A stretch of DNA of 37,849 nucleotides from Gammaproteobacteria bacterium. GTDB lineage: Bacteria > Gemmatimonadota > Gemmatimonadetes > Longimicrobiales > Gaopeijiaceae. The notes beneath the pieces are model-generated. The model was not told the DNA's origin. It was given only the letters and a program-made list of their open reading frames with translations, and ran no database searches. Positions 1-8,360 of this stretch are shown here, one piece after another (position 1 is the stretch's first letter; the number at the start of each line of letters is the position of its first letter). Where the stretch lies: assembly GCA_024638345.1 (NCBI GenBank), contig JAHEKL010000001.1, positions 1-37,849 of the forward strand. Direction: 5' to 3'. The position numbers and the translations under genes were made by a program.

Positions 1-1
1 C

Positions 2-193
2 TTCGGGTCGCTCTTCGGGGTGCGAGCGTCGATCATCGACCCTTGGGGCTGGTTCACCGAGGGTACGAACGCGCTGTTCTTTCCCTCTCTGACCGTCTTC
101 GCCGCCTGCCTGGTGCTGCTGGCGTTTCGTCGCGAAGAGACGCTCGTGCTCGATCGGAAACGCGCGGCTACGAGAGAGGTCGTGACGGTCTGA
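2..193 (+). CDS. C-terminal fragment of a membrane protein whose start lies upstream of the window
   Basis: Frame 2 is open from the window edge to TGA at 191-193. The translation ends ...TNALFFPSLTVFAACLVLLAFRREETLVLDRKRAATREVVTV, which is one hydrophobic TM-like span followed by a basic tail. It is absent from the ORF track because it has no start codon. No family is recognisable. Confidence 0.35.
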   Translation, partial: FGSLFGVRASIIDPWGWFTEGTNALFFPSLTVFAACLVLLAFRREETLVLDRKRAATREVVTV

Positions 194-241
194 CGCACGA
201 CGTCGGCTTCACTCACGAATGTCTCGATCGGATTGGCCAGC

Positions 242-1219
242 CTATTCGTTCAACAGGTAACCGAAAATGAGTGGCGTAACGATGGTTGCATCGGACTTGA
301 TCAGGAACTTGGGTGTGTCGACCGCCAGCTTGCCCCAAGTGATCTTCTCGTTCGGGACGGCGCCGGAATACCCCCCATACGAGACCTCGGCGTCCGAGAT
401 CTGGCAGAAGTATCCCCAGAAGGGCACCTCACGCTGCATGTCCTGGATGATCGAGGGCACGGCGCAGATGGCGAAATCCCCGGCGATCCCGCCCCCGATC
501 TGGAAGAAGCCGACCGAGGGGGTGTCCGACAGCCCATCGGTCTGAGCCAGATACCATTCGATCAGATGCGCGAATTGCTCCGTTCCCGTTCGGCAGCATT
601 GGTGATGGGGGACCCTCCCTGTCAGCACTGCTGCCGCGAACATGTTTCCGGTGGTCGAATCCTCCCAGCCGGGTGAGTAGACCGGAATTCCCTTTTCCAG
701 GGCCGCCAGCAGCCATGCGTGCTCTGGGCGGCCCTGATAGTGCTCCTCCAGCTCTCCGGAGCCCAGGATGTCGAACAGGTACTCCGAGGCGAACTTCCGG
801 GCACCCTGCTCACACGCTTCCTTCCATCTCGAGACCAGGGCGCTTTCCAGGTGCCGCATGATATCCTCGGGGATGCACGTGTCCGTGACCCGGTTCATCC
901 CCCTTTCATAGAGCGCGAGCTCCTCGGCGGCCGATAGCGCCCTCCAGTTCGGAATCACCTCGTACTCGGCATGACCGAGGAGGTTGAAGACGTCCTCCTC
1001 GAGATTCGCTCCTGTGCAGGAGATCGCGTGAACCTTGTCCGCACGGATCATCTGGGAGAGACTGATGCCGAGCTCGCCGGTAGACATGGCCCCGGCCAGG
1101 GAGACGAGCATCTTTCCACCTGAATCCAGGTGGCGCTCGTAGGCCCGAGCCGCGTCCAGCGTCTCCCGGGCATTGAAGTGGAGGTAGTGCTTCTCCATGA
1201 ACTCGCGGATGGAACCCAT
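242..1219 (-). CDS. deoxyhypusine synthase-like (homospermidine-synthase-like) NAD-dependent protein
   Basis: 325-aa ORF with ATG at 1219. It resembles the DHS family over its full length, including SLAGAMSTGELG, FFQIGGGIAGDF and the C-terminal EKITWGKL, which matches the SWGK catalytic-lysine region of DHS. Assigned from memory of the family, not from a search. Confidence 0.82.
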   Translation of the reverse strand: MGSIREFMEKHYLHFNARETLDAARAYERHLDSGGKMLVSLAGAMSTGELGISLSQMIRADKVHAISCTGANLEEDVFNLLGHAEYEVIPNWRALSAAEELALYERGMNRVTDTCIPEDIMRHLESALVSRWKEACEQGARKFASEYLFDILGSGELEEHYQGRPEHAWLLAALEKGIPVYSPGWEDSTTGNMFAAAVLTGRVPHHQCCRTGTEQFAHLIEWYLAQTDGLSDTPSVGFFQIGGGIAGDFAICAVPSIIQDMQREVPFWGYFCQISDAEVSYGGYSGAVPNEKITWGKLAVDTPKFLIKSDATIVTPLIFGYLLNE

Positions 1220-1451
1220 CGCACTTTCCCTGGCTGGGACGCATTGAACGGCTCGAAAGAGTGGCTAACCTAGGGTTTCCTCACGAGGGCTTCCAGAGGT
1301 CCCGGTGATCGATAGAGACCCATCGGACCACCGCCCCTTCCTCGTCCTCACACCCCGGCCGAGATCCCACCTCGTGGGACCACATGAGGCCGAGAGCCCC
1401 GTGAGCCGTCCCGTCTCGGGTCTCGTGACCGGTGGAGGTCTGGTGGCGGTC

Positions 1452-2963
1452 ATGGACTCTGCACGTGGCCTGCAGGCCCTTTGGCGGGGAGAAGAGCCGC
1501 TCTTCCTCGGATTGTCTCTCCAGTTGGACGGGTCCGACCTCCTGCCCCACCCGCCGTTCAGCTGGGGAAAGGGCTCATGGATCGGCCGATATCGCGTCGA
1601 TCCCAATCTGACTCTCGTGGAGAGGGCCCTCCTTCCGGACGATCCTCCTGGCTTGGTCCTCCAGTGGTCCCTCGGTGGGTATCGCGACAAGCGAGCGCCA
1701 CCCACACTCACCGTCCGACTGCTTGGTCGAGACTCCAAATCATTGTACGACTGTGTTATACAGATGACATACGAGCATCCCGCAACCGTGTGTATCATAC
1801 CCGATGAGGCCGATCCGAGCCGGACGGAGATGCTCATCCTCGGCCTGCGTGAGCGGGAACGACTGAGAGAACGTCGAGCCGATCCTCCGTTCCAGCCACT
1901 CGAGATCTCCATCGATGGCCGGACCGTCGACGAGCTCCAAGCTGCCATCGACATCCTGACCGAGGCTGGCCTGGAGGGGCCCCCGAACACGAGGCCGCCG
2001 GACCCGGAGGCGCGTGAGCTGTTTCTTCGCGGCCTATCCGCCGACGGTCCGTCGTACCTCTCCGGCGCAGAGCTGGTGGAGCTGGGTCTCGGCGCCCTCG
2101 CGGCCGGCTTGCAGGGGCTGGGTCGGCGTGCCTTGGAGGCCGCGGCGCGCGACTCGTCCACGCCCCCGCTGGCGATTCTGTATTTGGCCGCTCAATACGC
2201 TCTTTGGTCGGGCGACCCTAACCTTCTGACGCGGCTGATGCCCACCCTGGCCAAGGCCGGGGGGGCTTTGGAGACAGGAGCGCGTGTACCGACGTTGCCG
2301 ACGCCGTCGGAGACGCTTCGACTCGTCCTGGACGCCCTCGAGCCCCTCGGAGAAGATCCGTGCACGGAGTCGCTCGGTCGAGAACTACAGCGGTTGGATC
2401 GCGCCACCGCGGGGCTCGGCCGATCGTTGCCGACCGTGCGCTCCCGTACGGTGGGGGACGTCGGACCCTCGCCCGACGGAACCGAGTCGGACCCGGCAGC
2501 GGTAAGGCTCGAGCCCGTCGCAGCTTTCGAGCATCCGTATTTCAGCGGGGTCGCGCCGGCCAGGACCGTCCACAGCTCTCGACTGATCCGCGCCTGGGTA
2601 GAGGGACAGCTCGGCCTACGTGCGGACGGGGCCTTCGGTCGACTCCGGCTGGCGCCCAGGCTCCAGCCCGAGTGGGGTCGGATGACGGTGCGGGGTCTTC
2701 GGATCGGAGACGCGAGAATCGACCTCTCCTATCAGCGGAACGATGACCTCTTCGACCTCGAGTTGAACCAACAGACGGGGCGCTTCCCATGCAACGTCGT
2801 ATTCGCGCCACTGCTTCCCATCGCAGAGATCGAGCGGATCGAAATCGGGGGAGCGCGGGCCGACGTGCGGTCGTGGCCCGAGGGCGAGGGCGTGCGCATC
2901 GAGTGTCAGTTTCCCCTCGATCCGGGCCGGTCCATTCGGGTCGTGGCGAGGAGGACGCGCTGA
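1452..2963 (+). CDS. hypothetical protein, possibly a degenerate (alpha/alpha)-barrel glycoside-hydrolase-like fold
   Basis: The long ORF opens at GTG 1305. The ATG at 1452 (MDSARGLQALW) removes a low-complexity Pro/Arg/Gly leader. It has a helical Ala/Leu-rich middle (LAILYLAAQYALWSGDPNLLTRLMPTL) and a beta-rich C-terminus (RLRLAPRLQPEWGRMTVRGLRIGDARIDLSY), reminiscent of the C-terminal sandwich in GH15/GDE-type enzymes. The start is uncertain (1305 or 1452). Confidence 0.6.
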   Translation: MDSARGLQALWRGEEPLFLGLSLQLDGSDLLPHPPFSWGKGSWIGRYRVDPNLTLVERALLPDDPPGLVLQWSLGGYRDKRAPPTLTVRLLGRDSKSLYDCVIQMTYEHPATVCIIPDEADPSRTEMLILGLRERERLRERRADPPFQPLEISIDGRTVDELQAAIDILTEAGLEGPPNTRPPDPEARELFLRGLSADGPSYLSGAELVELGLGALAAGLQGLGRRALEAAARDSSTPPLAILYLAAQYALWSGDPNLLTRLMPTLAKAGGALETGARVPTLPTPSETLRLVLDALEPLGEDPCTESLGRELQRLDRATAGLGRSLPTVRSRTVGDVGPSPDGTESDPAAVRLEPVAAFEHPYFSGVAPARTVHSSRLIRAWVEGQLGLRADGAFGRLRLAPRLQPEWGRMTVRGLRIGDARIDLSYQRNDDLFDLELNQQTGRFPCNVVFAPLLPIAEIERIEIGGARADVRSWPEGEGVRIECQFPLDPGRSIRVVARRTR

Positions 2964-3047
2964 GAGCCGGTTAGCCTTGCCGTCCAACTTGGGCGCTCCT
3001 ACTGTCCCCCGACCCCGAACGCCCACCGCGCAGGCTCCCCCATCAGG

Positions 3048-4313
3048 TTGGTGGCCTCCTTGAGCAACGCAGATCGTCCCTGGTACCGCAGGCTTCATTG
3101 GCAGGTCTTCATCGCGATGGCGCTGGGCATCCTCACCGGCGCCGTTTTCGGGGAGCCCGCGGCCGCTCGTATCGGCTGGATCGGGGATCTGTTCATGGAG
3201 CTGCTGCGGATGATCATCATTCCGCTCGTCTTGACCTCGATCATCGCGGGAGTGGCGACGGTCGGGGGTGGAAGCACGATCGGACGGCTGTTCTCCAAAA
3301 CGCTCGGCTACTACGTGCTTTCCAGCTCTTTGGCGGTAGTGACCGGCCTCGCGCTCGTCAACCTCATTCGCCCGGGCGTCGGATCGGATATCGGCGGAGC
3401 CGTCTCTCAGGAGCTTCCCGAGCTCTCGACTCCGAGCTCTCCCATCGAGCTGCTCTTCGACGTGGTCCCGGAGAACGTCATTCAAGCGGCCGCGAACACG
3501 GAGATGCTGGCCATCATCTTCTTCTCGATCGTGTTCGGAGCCTCGATCAGCGTCCTCCCGGAACGCACCCGAACGATCCTGACGGACCTGTTCGACGCCC
3601 TCTTCCAGACGATGATGAAGTTGACGAACGGGATCATCTTCTTCCTTCCGCTGGGCGTGTATGGCCTGATCACGACGATGGTGGGCACGACGGGGTTCAG
3701 CGCGTTTCGAGCCCTGGCCTTCTACGTGGTCACGCTCGGAGCGGGACTCACGGTGCATCTCTTCATCGGGCTACCTCTCCTTCTCATCCTGCTGGGACGC
3801 ATCAGCCCGAAGATCCACTTCGCGAACATGCGCGAGCCCTTGCTGGTCGCGTTTTCCACGAGCTCGTCCGGGGCGACTTTGCCGGTCACGATGGCCGCGG
3901 TCGAAGAGAAGGTCGGCGTTTCGAATCGCGTGGGATCCTTCGTGCTCCCCATGGGAGCCACGGTCAACATGGATGGTACTGCGCTGTTCGAATGTGTCGG
4001 GGCGCTCTTCATCGCCCAGGCCCTCGGATTCGACCTCAGCCTCGTTCAGCAGGCCGTAGTGGTGCTTACGGCGATCCTGGCGTCGATCGGAGCCGCGGCA
4101 GTGCCTTCCGCTGGTTTGGTGGTGATCTTCATTGTCCTCGAGGCGATCAATCTCCGAGGCCCCGAGGTGAACGTAATCGTGGGGTCCATGCTCGCGATCG
4201 ACCGGCCGCTCGACATGTACCGCACGGCGGTCAACGTCTTCAGCGATTCCTGCGGAGCGGCGATCATCGCTCGGTCCGAAGGGGAGACCGAGGTCGATCA
4301 GGTGGCACGGTAA
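3048..4313 (+). CDS. dicarboxylate/amino acid:cation symporter (DAACS / GltP-type)
   Basis: 421-aa polytopic membrane protein with family-typical segments (IIPLVLTSIIAGVA, SSSGATLPVTM, VNMDGTALFE, DRPLDMYRTAVNVFSD). The start must be TTG 3048 or GTG 3051, because the first internal ATG would cut into TM1. Confidence 0.9.
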   Translation: MVASLSNADRPWYRRLHWQVFIAMALGILTGAVFGEPAAARIGWIGDLFMELLRMIIIPLVLTSIIAGVATVGGGSTIGRLFSKTLGYYVLSSSLAVVTGLALVNLIRPGVGSDIGGAVSQELPELSTPSSPIELLFDVVPENVIQAAANTEMLAIIFFSIVFGASISVLPERTRTILTDLFDALFQTMMKLTNGIIFFLPLGVYGLITTMVGTTGFSAFRALAFYVVTLGAGLTVHLFIGLPLLLILLGRISPKIHFANMREPLLVAFSTSSSGATLPVTMAAVEEKVGVSNRVGSFVLPMGATVNMDGTALFECVGALFIAQALGFDLSLVQQAVVVLTAILASIGAAAVPSAGLVVIFIVLEAINLRGPEVNVIVGSMLAIDRPLDMYRTAVNVFSDSCGAAIIARSEGETEVDQVAR

Positions 4314-4316
4314 GAG

Positions 4317-4652
4317 CTACTTCCTGGTTCTGCGCTTCGCCTTCCTGTATTTCTTGGCGGTTTCTTCCGCCACTTCCGCGTCCAGATATCCGTGTTCGAC
4401 CAAGATATCGAGGAGGCGCTCTCCTCGATCCGGAACCGGCGTTCGGCTCACCGCTCGCGCGAACTCGATTCGGTGCTTCTCGTCGATATCGTCCATGATC
4501 CCGATCGGGGCCCCGTAACGAAGGAGGATGCGCTTTGCATCCACCGCCACGGAATCAGTCACATTGTCCTCCCGGAGGGGATGAGCCTGCCTGCGGATGA
4601 AGAGCATTGAATCTACAACTCTGATGACACTCTTGAAAACATCTGGTTCCAT
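4317..4652 (-). CDS. small hypothetical protein with a Lys/Arg-rich C-terminal tail
   Basis: 111-aa ORF ending AKKYRKAKRRTRK. The first 15 codons lie in an AT-rich stretch (42% GC, counted over 4601-4660), so the true start may be the ATG at 4607 (MLFIRRQ...). No family recognised. Confidence 0.5.
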   Translation of the reverse strand: MEPDVFKSVIRVVDSMLFIRRQAHPLREDNVTDSVAVDAKRILLRYGAPIGIMDDIDEKHRIEFARAVSRTPVPDRGERLLDILVEHGYLDAEVAEETAKKYRKAKRRTRK

Positions 4653-4730
4653 TCACTCGACTTCTCGACGATCCGAGCGCGAGGGGGTACCTTGCGGTCC
4701 GTTCGCCAAACTCCCGCCCCAGCTTCCTCC

Positions 4731-5417
4731 ATGGCTGACGAGCACCCCAATCTTTCCCGGTCGGTCGAGGACTACCTCAAGGCCATCTATTCGCTGTCAC
4801 AGAAAGGAGAGGCGGCCTCCACGAGTGAGATCGCCGGAGCGCTCGAGGTCCAACCCGCCTCGGTCAGCGGTATGGTGAAGCGACTGGCGGAAGCCGGCTA
4901 CGTGGAGCACCTCCCCTACAGGGGCGTGCGTTTGAGCGCCGAAGGCACCCGGGAGGCCCTGCGGATCATTCGACGCCATCGGGTGCTCGAGACTTACTTG
5001 AGCCAGCGCCTGGGCTACTCGTGGGAGGACGTTCACGCGGAGGCGGAGCGTCTGGAGCACGCGGCGTCGGACGAGCTCATCGACCGAATGGCTTCAGCCC
5101 TGGAGGACCCGAGTCACGACCCACACGGGGCGCCGATCCCCACCCGCGCTGGAGACGTCGAGGCGATCGATCACCCCACGCTTGCCGAGGTCCAAGCCGG
5201 TGATCGAGTGAGAATTCGCGCGGTTCGAGACGACGATCCTGAGCGACTACGCTACATGGAGGCCCGGGGACTTCTGCCCGGTGTCCTGCTCCACATCGAT
5301 TCGACCGCGCCCTTCGATGGCCCGATCACCCTTCGAGTGGGAGAAGAAGCGGCAGCGTCCCAGACCATCGGGCACGAGTTGGCTGCGCTCATCCGAGTCG
5401 CGGTCGTGGACAACTGA
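4731..5417 (+). CDS. DtxR/MntR-family metal-dependent transcriptional repressor with C-terminal FeoA/SH3-like domain
   Basis: N-terminal winged HTH (SVEDYLKAIYSLSQKGEAASTSEIAGALEVQPASVSGMVKRL), the dimerisation/metal-site region (RRHRVLETYL...EAERLEHAASDEL...DPHGAPIP), and a FeoA-like tail (AGDRVRIRAVRDDDPERLRYMEARGLLPG). ATG 4731 gives a family-typical N-terminus. The alternative TTG 4692 has a GAGGGGG 4 nt upstream. Confidence 0.85.
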   Translation: MADEHPNLSRSVEDYLKAIYSLSQKGEAASTSEIAGALEVQPASVSGMVKRLAEAGYVEHLPYRGVRLSAEGTREALRIIRRHRVLETYLSQRLGYSWEDVHAEAERLEHAASDELIDRMASALEDPSHDPHGAPIPTRAGDVEAIDHPTLAEVQAGDRVRIRAVRDDDPERLRYMEARGLLPGVLLHIDSTAPFDGPITLRVGEEAAASQTIGHELAALIRVAVVDN

Positions 5418-5454
5418 AGGAATCGGCCTCGACGGCCGGTCGGCGGTTGCAGGT

Positions 5455-6051
5455 CTAAGGCTCGGGCAGCTGCGAGCGATGGAGATGCAGGATCCGCCAG
5501 CCCTCGTCACCCCGAACCAGATAGGCGGTCTCGAAAACGAGCGCTTCTTCATCCCACGCACCGGACTCGCCCTCTCGCAACATCGATAGGAGGGTGAGCA
5601 CAAGCGCCGACCCGTCTCCGTCGATCACTACCTCTGTCTCGACGGGCTCGTAGACCAGTCCCTCCGCATGCCGACGCCGGAGCTCCAGAAGCAGCTCGCC
5701 CCGGCTGGCTGTCTCTGTAGCTCGCCCCACGAGCGGATCCACAAGGGTCGCTCCGCTATCCAGCTGCGACAGAGACACGGAGAGATCACCCGTAGCCACG
5801 GACTCTCTGAAGGACTCCACGGCGGTGAGAACCAGGTCGATGCGATCGGCGAGCGATTCCTGGGGTTCTGGCCCGGCAAGTGCGATCCCCAGCGGCGGCC
5901 CGTCCCGATCCGCTTCTGGGTCACTGCGCTCGAAGGTGCACGCGGAGATCGATGACAGTAGCAGACAGACGAGCAACTGAAACCCGACAGCAGCCCTCGG
6001 GAGGCGCCCCGCCTCGCATTGAGCACCTGAGCGGGCAGACTGAACGCTCAA
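5455..6051 (-). CDS. lipoprotein with NTF2/SnoaL-like (DUF4440-type) domain
   Basis: Signal peptide ending in the lipobox ISAC (LLVCLLLSSISAC). The C-terminus (ETAYLVRGDEGWRILHLHRS) is typical of NTF2-like folds. The TTG start at 6051 overlaps the TGA of the upstream gene (TTGA). Confidence 0.6.
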   Translation of the reverse strand: MSVQSARSGAQCEAGRLPRAAVGFQLLVCLLLSSISACTFERSDPEADRDGPPLGIALAGPEPQESLADRIDLVLTAVESFRESVATGDLSVSLSQLDSGATLVDPLVGRATETASRGELLLELRRRHAEGLVYEPVETEVVIDGDGSALVLTLLSMLREGESGAWDEEALVFETAYLVRGDEGWRILHLHRSQLPEP

Positions 6052-6461
6052 GGGGCGCGTCGCCGATACAGCCCGAGCCGAATCGGGGGATCCACCGACC
6101 AGTGGAAGTAGAGGCGGTTCTCACCTTCCACGATGATCCCTTCCTTTCGGTCTCGCAGCTTCGGGTAGTCGACCCCCTGTACGTTCTCCACGACCAGAAG
6201 CTCGTCGTCCTGTAGTCCATCCAGGAGACTCTGGACCTGGGACTCGAGCTGCTTGGTGAGCGCGGCCTCGGCCTCGGATTGCACCGGACCCTCGGTCTTC
6301 CCTTCGATTTTAGCTTCCCGAACCTTTTCGTAGGCCTCCTCGAGCTCGGTCAGGGGCAACGAGGCCACCCGATCCCGCCGGTAGGAGATCTCGCTCAGCG
6401 CTCGATGGTCGAAATGGGGTACGACGGTGTGGAGTGAATTGCCGTATTTGCGGTATAGCAT
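6048..6461 (-). CDS. hypothetical protein (137 aa)
   Basis: The ATG at 6461 lies 10 nt downstream of the helicase stop. The ORF looks coding throughout and its stop overlaps the next start. No family recognised. Confidence 0.6.
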   Translation of the reverse strand: MLYRKYGNSLHTVVPHFDHRALSEISYRRDRVASLPLTELEEAYEKVREAKIEGKTEGPVQSEAEAALTKQLESQVQSLLDGLQDDELLVVENVQGVDYPKLRDRKEGIIVEGENRLYFHWSVDPPIRLGLYRRRAP

Positions 6462-6470
6462 CTCTACGCT

Positions 6471-7724
6471 CTAACTGGAGAAGTCCAAGAGGCTTTCGAT
6501 CTCCTCGTCCGAAAGGTCTTCGGCGGATTTGCTGCCCATCCCGCGACCTGAACGAGAGCGCGAGTAATCGTCCTCGTCCCGCTCGCGCGAGCTCCCCGCA
6601 TAGTCGAACTCGGCCACGGATCGTCTGGGCAACCTACGTCCGAGGCGATGCTCGATAGACCTCAGGTATCCCAGATCGGCGCCGGTCACGAACGTGACGG
6701 CCGTCCCCACTGCACCGGCACGGCCGGTGCGCCCGATCCGATGAACGTAGTCCTCCGGATCCACCGGCACGTCGTAGTTCACCACGTGCGAAATCCCTTC
6801 CACATCCAGTCCTCTTTGTGCGACATCCGTCGCGACGAGAACCCTCACCTGACCGGATGCGAAACGATCAAGGGCTCGGGCCCGATGAACCATGTTGCGA
6901 TCCGAGTGCATCGCGTCGGTCGCGATGCCGGCTTTCTCGAGCCAGCCTTGCAGGCCATCCGCCTCGGCTTTCGTCCTGGTGAAGACCAGCACCTGGTCCC
7001 AGGACGGATCCTCAAGGAGCGCCAGCAGCAGTCCGGATTTCTTCTCGGGCTTGACGGTGTAGACGCGCTCCTCGATCCCCTCGGCCGTGGTGCCCTCCGG
7101 TGTGGCTTCCACCCAGAGGGCATCCTTGGTGATTTGGAGGGCCAGCGCATGAACCCCGTTCGGCATCGTCGCGGAGAAGAGCATACTCTGACGACCCTTG
7201 GGCGTGCGTCGGAGCACGTCTTCGATCTGCGGACGGAATCCCATGTCGAGCATGCGATCCGCTTCGTCCAAAACCAGGACGCGGACGTTCGACAGATCGA
7301 CGTTGCCTCTTTCCAAGTGGTCGTTGAAGCGGCCCGGTGTCGCAGCGAGGATCTCGAATCCTGAGGACAGGGCCGTGATCTGAGGTCCATAACCGACCCC
7401 ACCCACGACGCAGGCCACTCTCAGCCGGGTACCCTGGGCCAGCTCTTCGGCGTCCTCGGCAACCTGCGCCGCCAGCTCTCGGGTTGGGCAGAGGACCAGA
7501 ACCTGCAACCCTCCACCCGCGCGAATCCGCTCTATGGCTGGAATCATGAAGGCACCCGTCTTGCCCGTGCCGGTCTGTGCGATTCCCACCACGTCACGTC
7601 CGTCCATTGCAGCCGGAATCGCCTTCTGCTGGATCGGGGTGGGCACGGACCAGCCGATAGCCTCTATGGCCGCCAGGCGCGCATCCGTAAGATGGAGATC
7701 CTTGAATGTGTCCACTTTGTGCAA
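6471..7724 (-). CDS. rhlE: DEAD-box ATP-dependent RNA helicase (RhlE-like)
   Basis: All canonical motifs are present: Q (VPTPIQ), I (AQTGTGKT), Ia (PTRELA), Ib (TPGR), II (DEAD), III (SAT), VI (HRIGRTGRAG). The TTG start at 7724 has GGGAG 5 nt upstream. Confidence 0.92.
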   Translation of the reverse strand: MHKVDTFKDLHLTDARLAAIEAIGWSVPTPIQQKAIPAAMDGRDVVGIAQTGTGKTGAFMIPAIERIRAGGGLQVLVLCPTRELAAQVAEDAEELAQGTRLRVACVVGGVGYGPQITALSSGFEILAATPGRFNDHLERGNVDLSNVRVLVLDEADRMLDMGFRPQIEDVLRRTPKGRQSMLFSATMPNGVHALALQITKDALWVEATPEGTTAEGIEERVYTVKPEKKSGLLLALLEDPSWDQVLVFTRTKAEADGLQGWLEKAGIATDAMHSDRNMVHRARALDRFASGQVRVLVATDVAQRGLDVEGISHVVNYDVPVDPEDYVHRIGRTGRAGAVGTAVTFVTGADLGYLRSIEHRLGRRLPRRSVAEFDYAGSSRERDEDDYSRSRSGRGMGSKSAEDLSDEEIESLLDFSS

Positions 7725-7868
7725 ATCGGCTCCCGGAGTCGTGTCCGAACCGCGAAATGGCCTCGCCTACAAGTTTAGAAGAATCCTACCCTTCCGCCCA
7801 CGGTTGCGCGCGGCCGTGACCGCCCTTCGAAGCTCGTGACCATCGCTCCCCGCGAGTCCGGTGCCCCC

Positions 7869-8357
7869 ATGCGCATCCTTTTCGTCTGTCTGGGCAACAT
7901 CTGTCGTTCTCCGCTCGCCGAGGGGATCTTCCTGCGGCTGGCCCGCGAAGCGGACGCGGAGGACCGCTTCCAAGTCGACTCCGCGGGCACGGGCGCGTGG
8001 CATGTGGGGGAAGCTCCCGATCCCAGGTCCGTGGAGGTGGCGAAGAAGAACGGCATAGAGCTCGTCGGAGCGGCGCGCCAGATTCGTGCCGTCGATTTCT
8101 CCTCCTACGACATGATCCTAGCGATGGACGCGGACAACCTCCGGGATCTCGAGAGGCTTCTCGGATCAGGAGCCGCGCGGGCCAAGGTTTCCCTCCTGAG
8201 ACAATTCGATCCGGACGCTGAAGGTGATTTGGACGTGCCGGATCCGTACTTCGGTGGACCGAGCGGCTTCGACGACGTGTTCCAGCTGATTCATCGGGCC
8301 TGTCGAGGGCTGATCTCGGAGCTTGGAGGGGCTGCCGGGAAGCCGGACGAGCTCTGA
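7869..8357 (+). CDS. low-molecular-weight phosphotyrosine protein phosphatase family
   Basis: MRILFVCLGNICRSPLAEG carries the CX5R(S) P-loop, and the DPY motif (VPDPYFG) is present. ATG 7869 gives the canonical N-terminus. Confidence 0.9.
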   Translation: MRILFVCLGNICRSPLAEGIFLRLAREADAEDRFQVDSAGTGAWHVGEAPDPRSVEVAKKNGIELVGAARQIRAVDFSSYDMILAMDADNLRDLERLLGSGAARAKVSLLRQFDPDAEGDLDVPDPYFGGPSGFDDVFQLIHRACRGLISELGGAAGKPDEL

Positions 8358-8360
8358 CGG

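Noticed and set aside
2616-4498. Long alternative-frame ORFs over the symporter gene (2616-3758 minus strand, 380 aa; 3098-4498 plus strand, 466 aa)
   Set aside because: The translations are dominated by R/G/P/D/H with no domain pattern. They overlap a confidently assigned membrane transporter. This is typical of shadow ORFs in GC-rich DNA.
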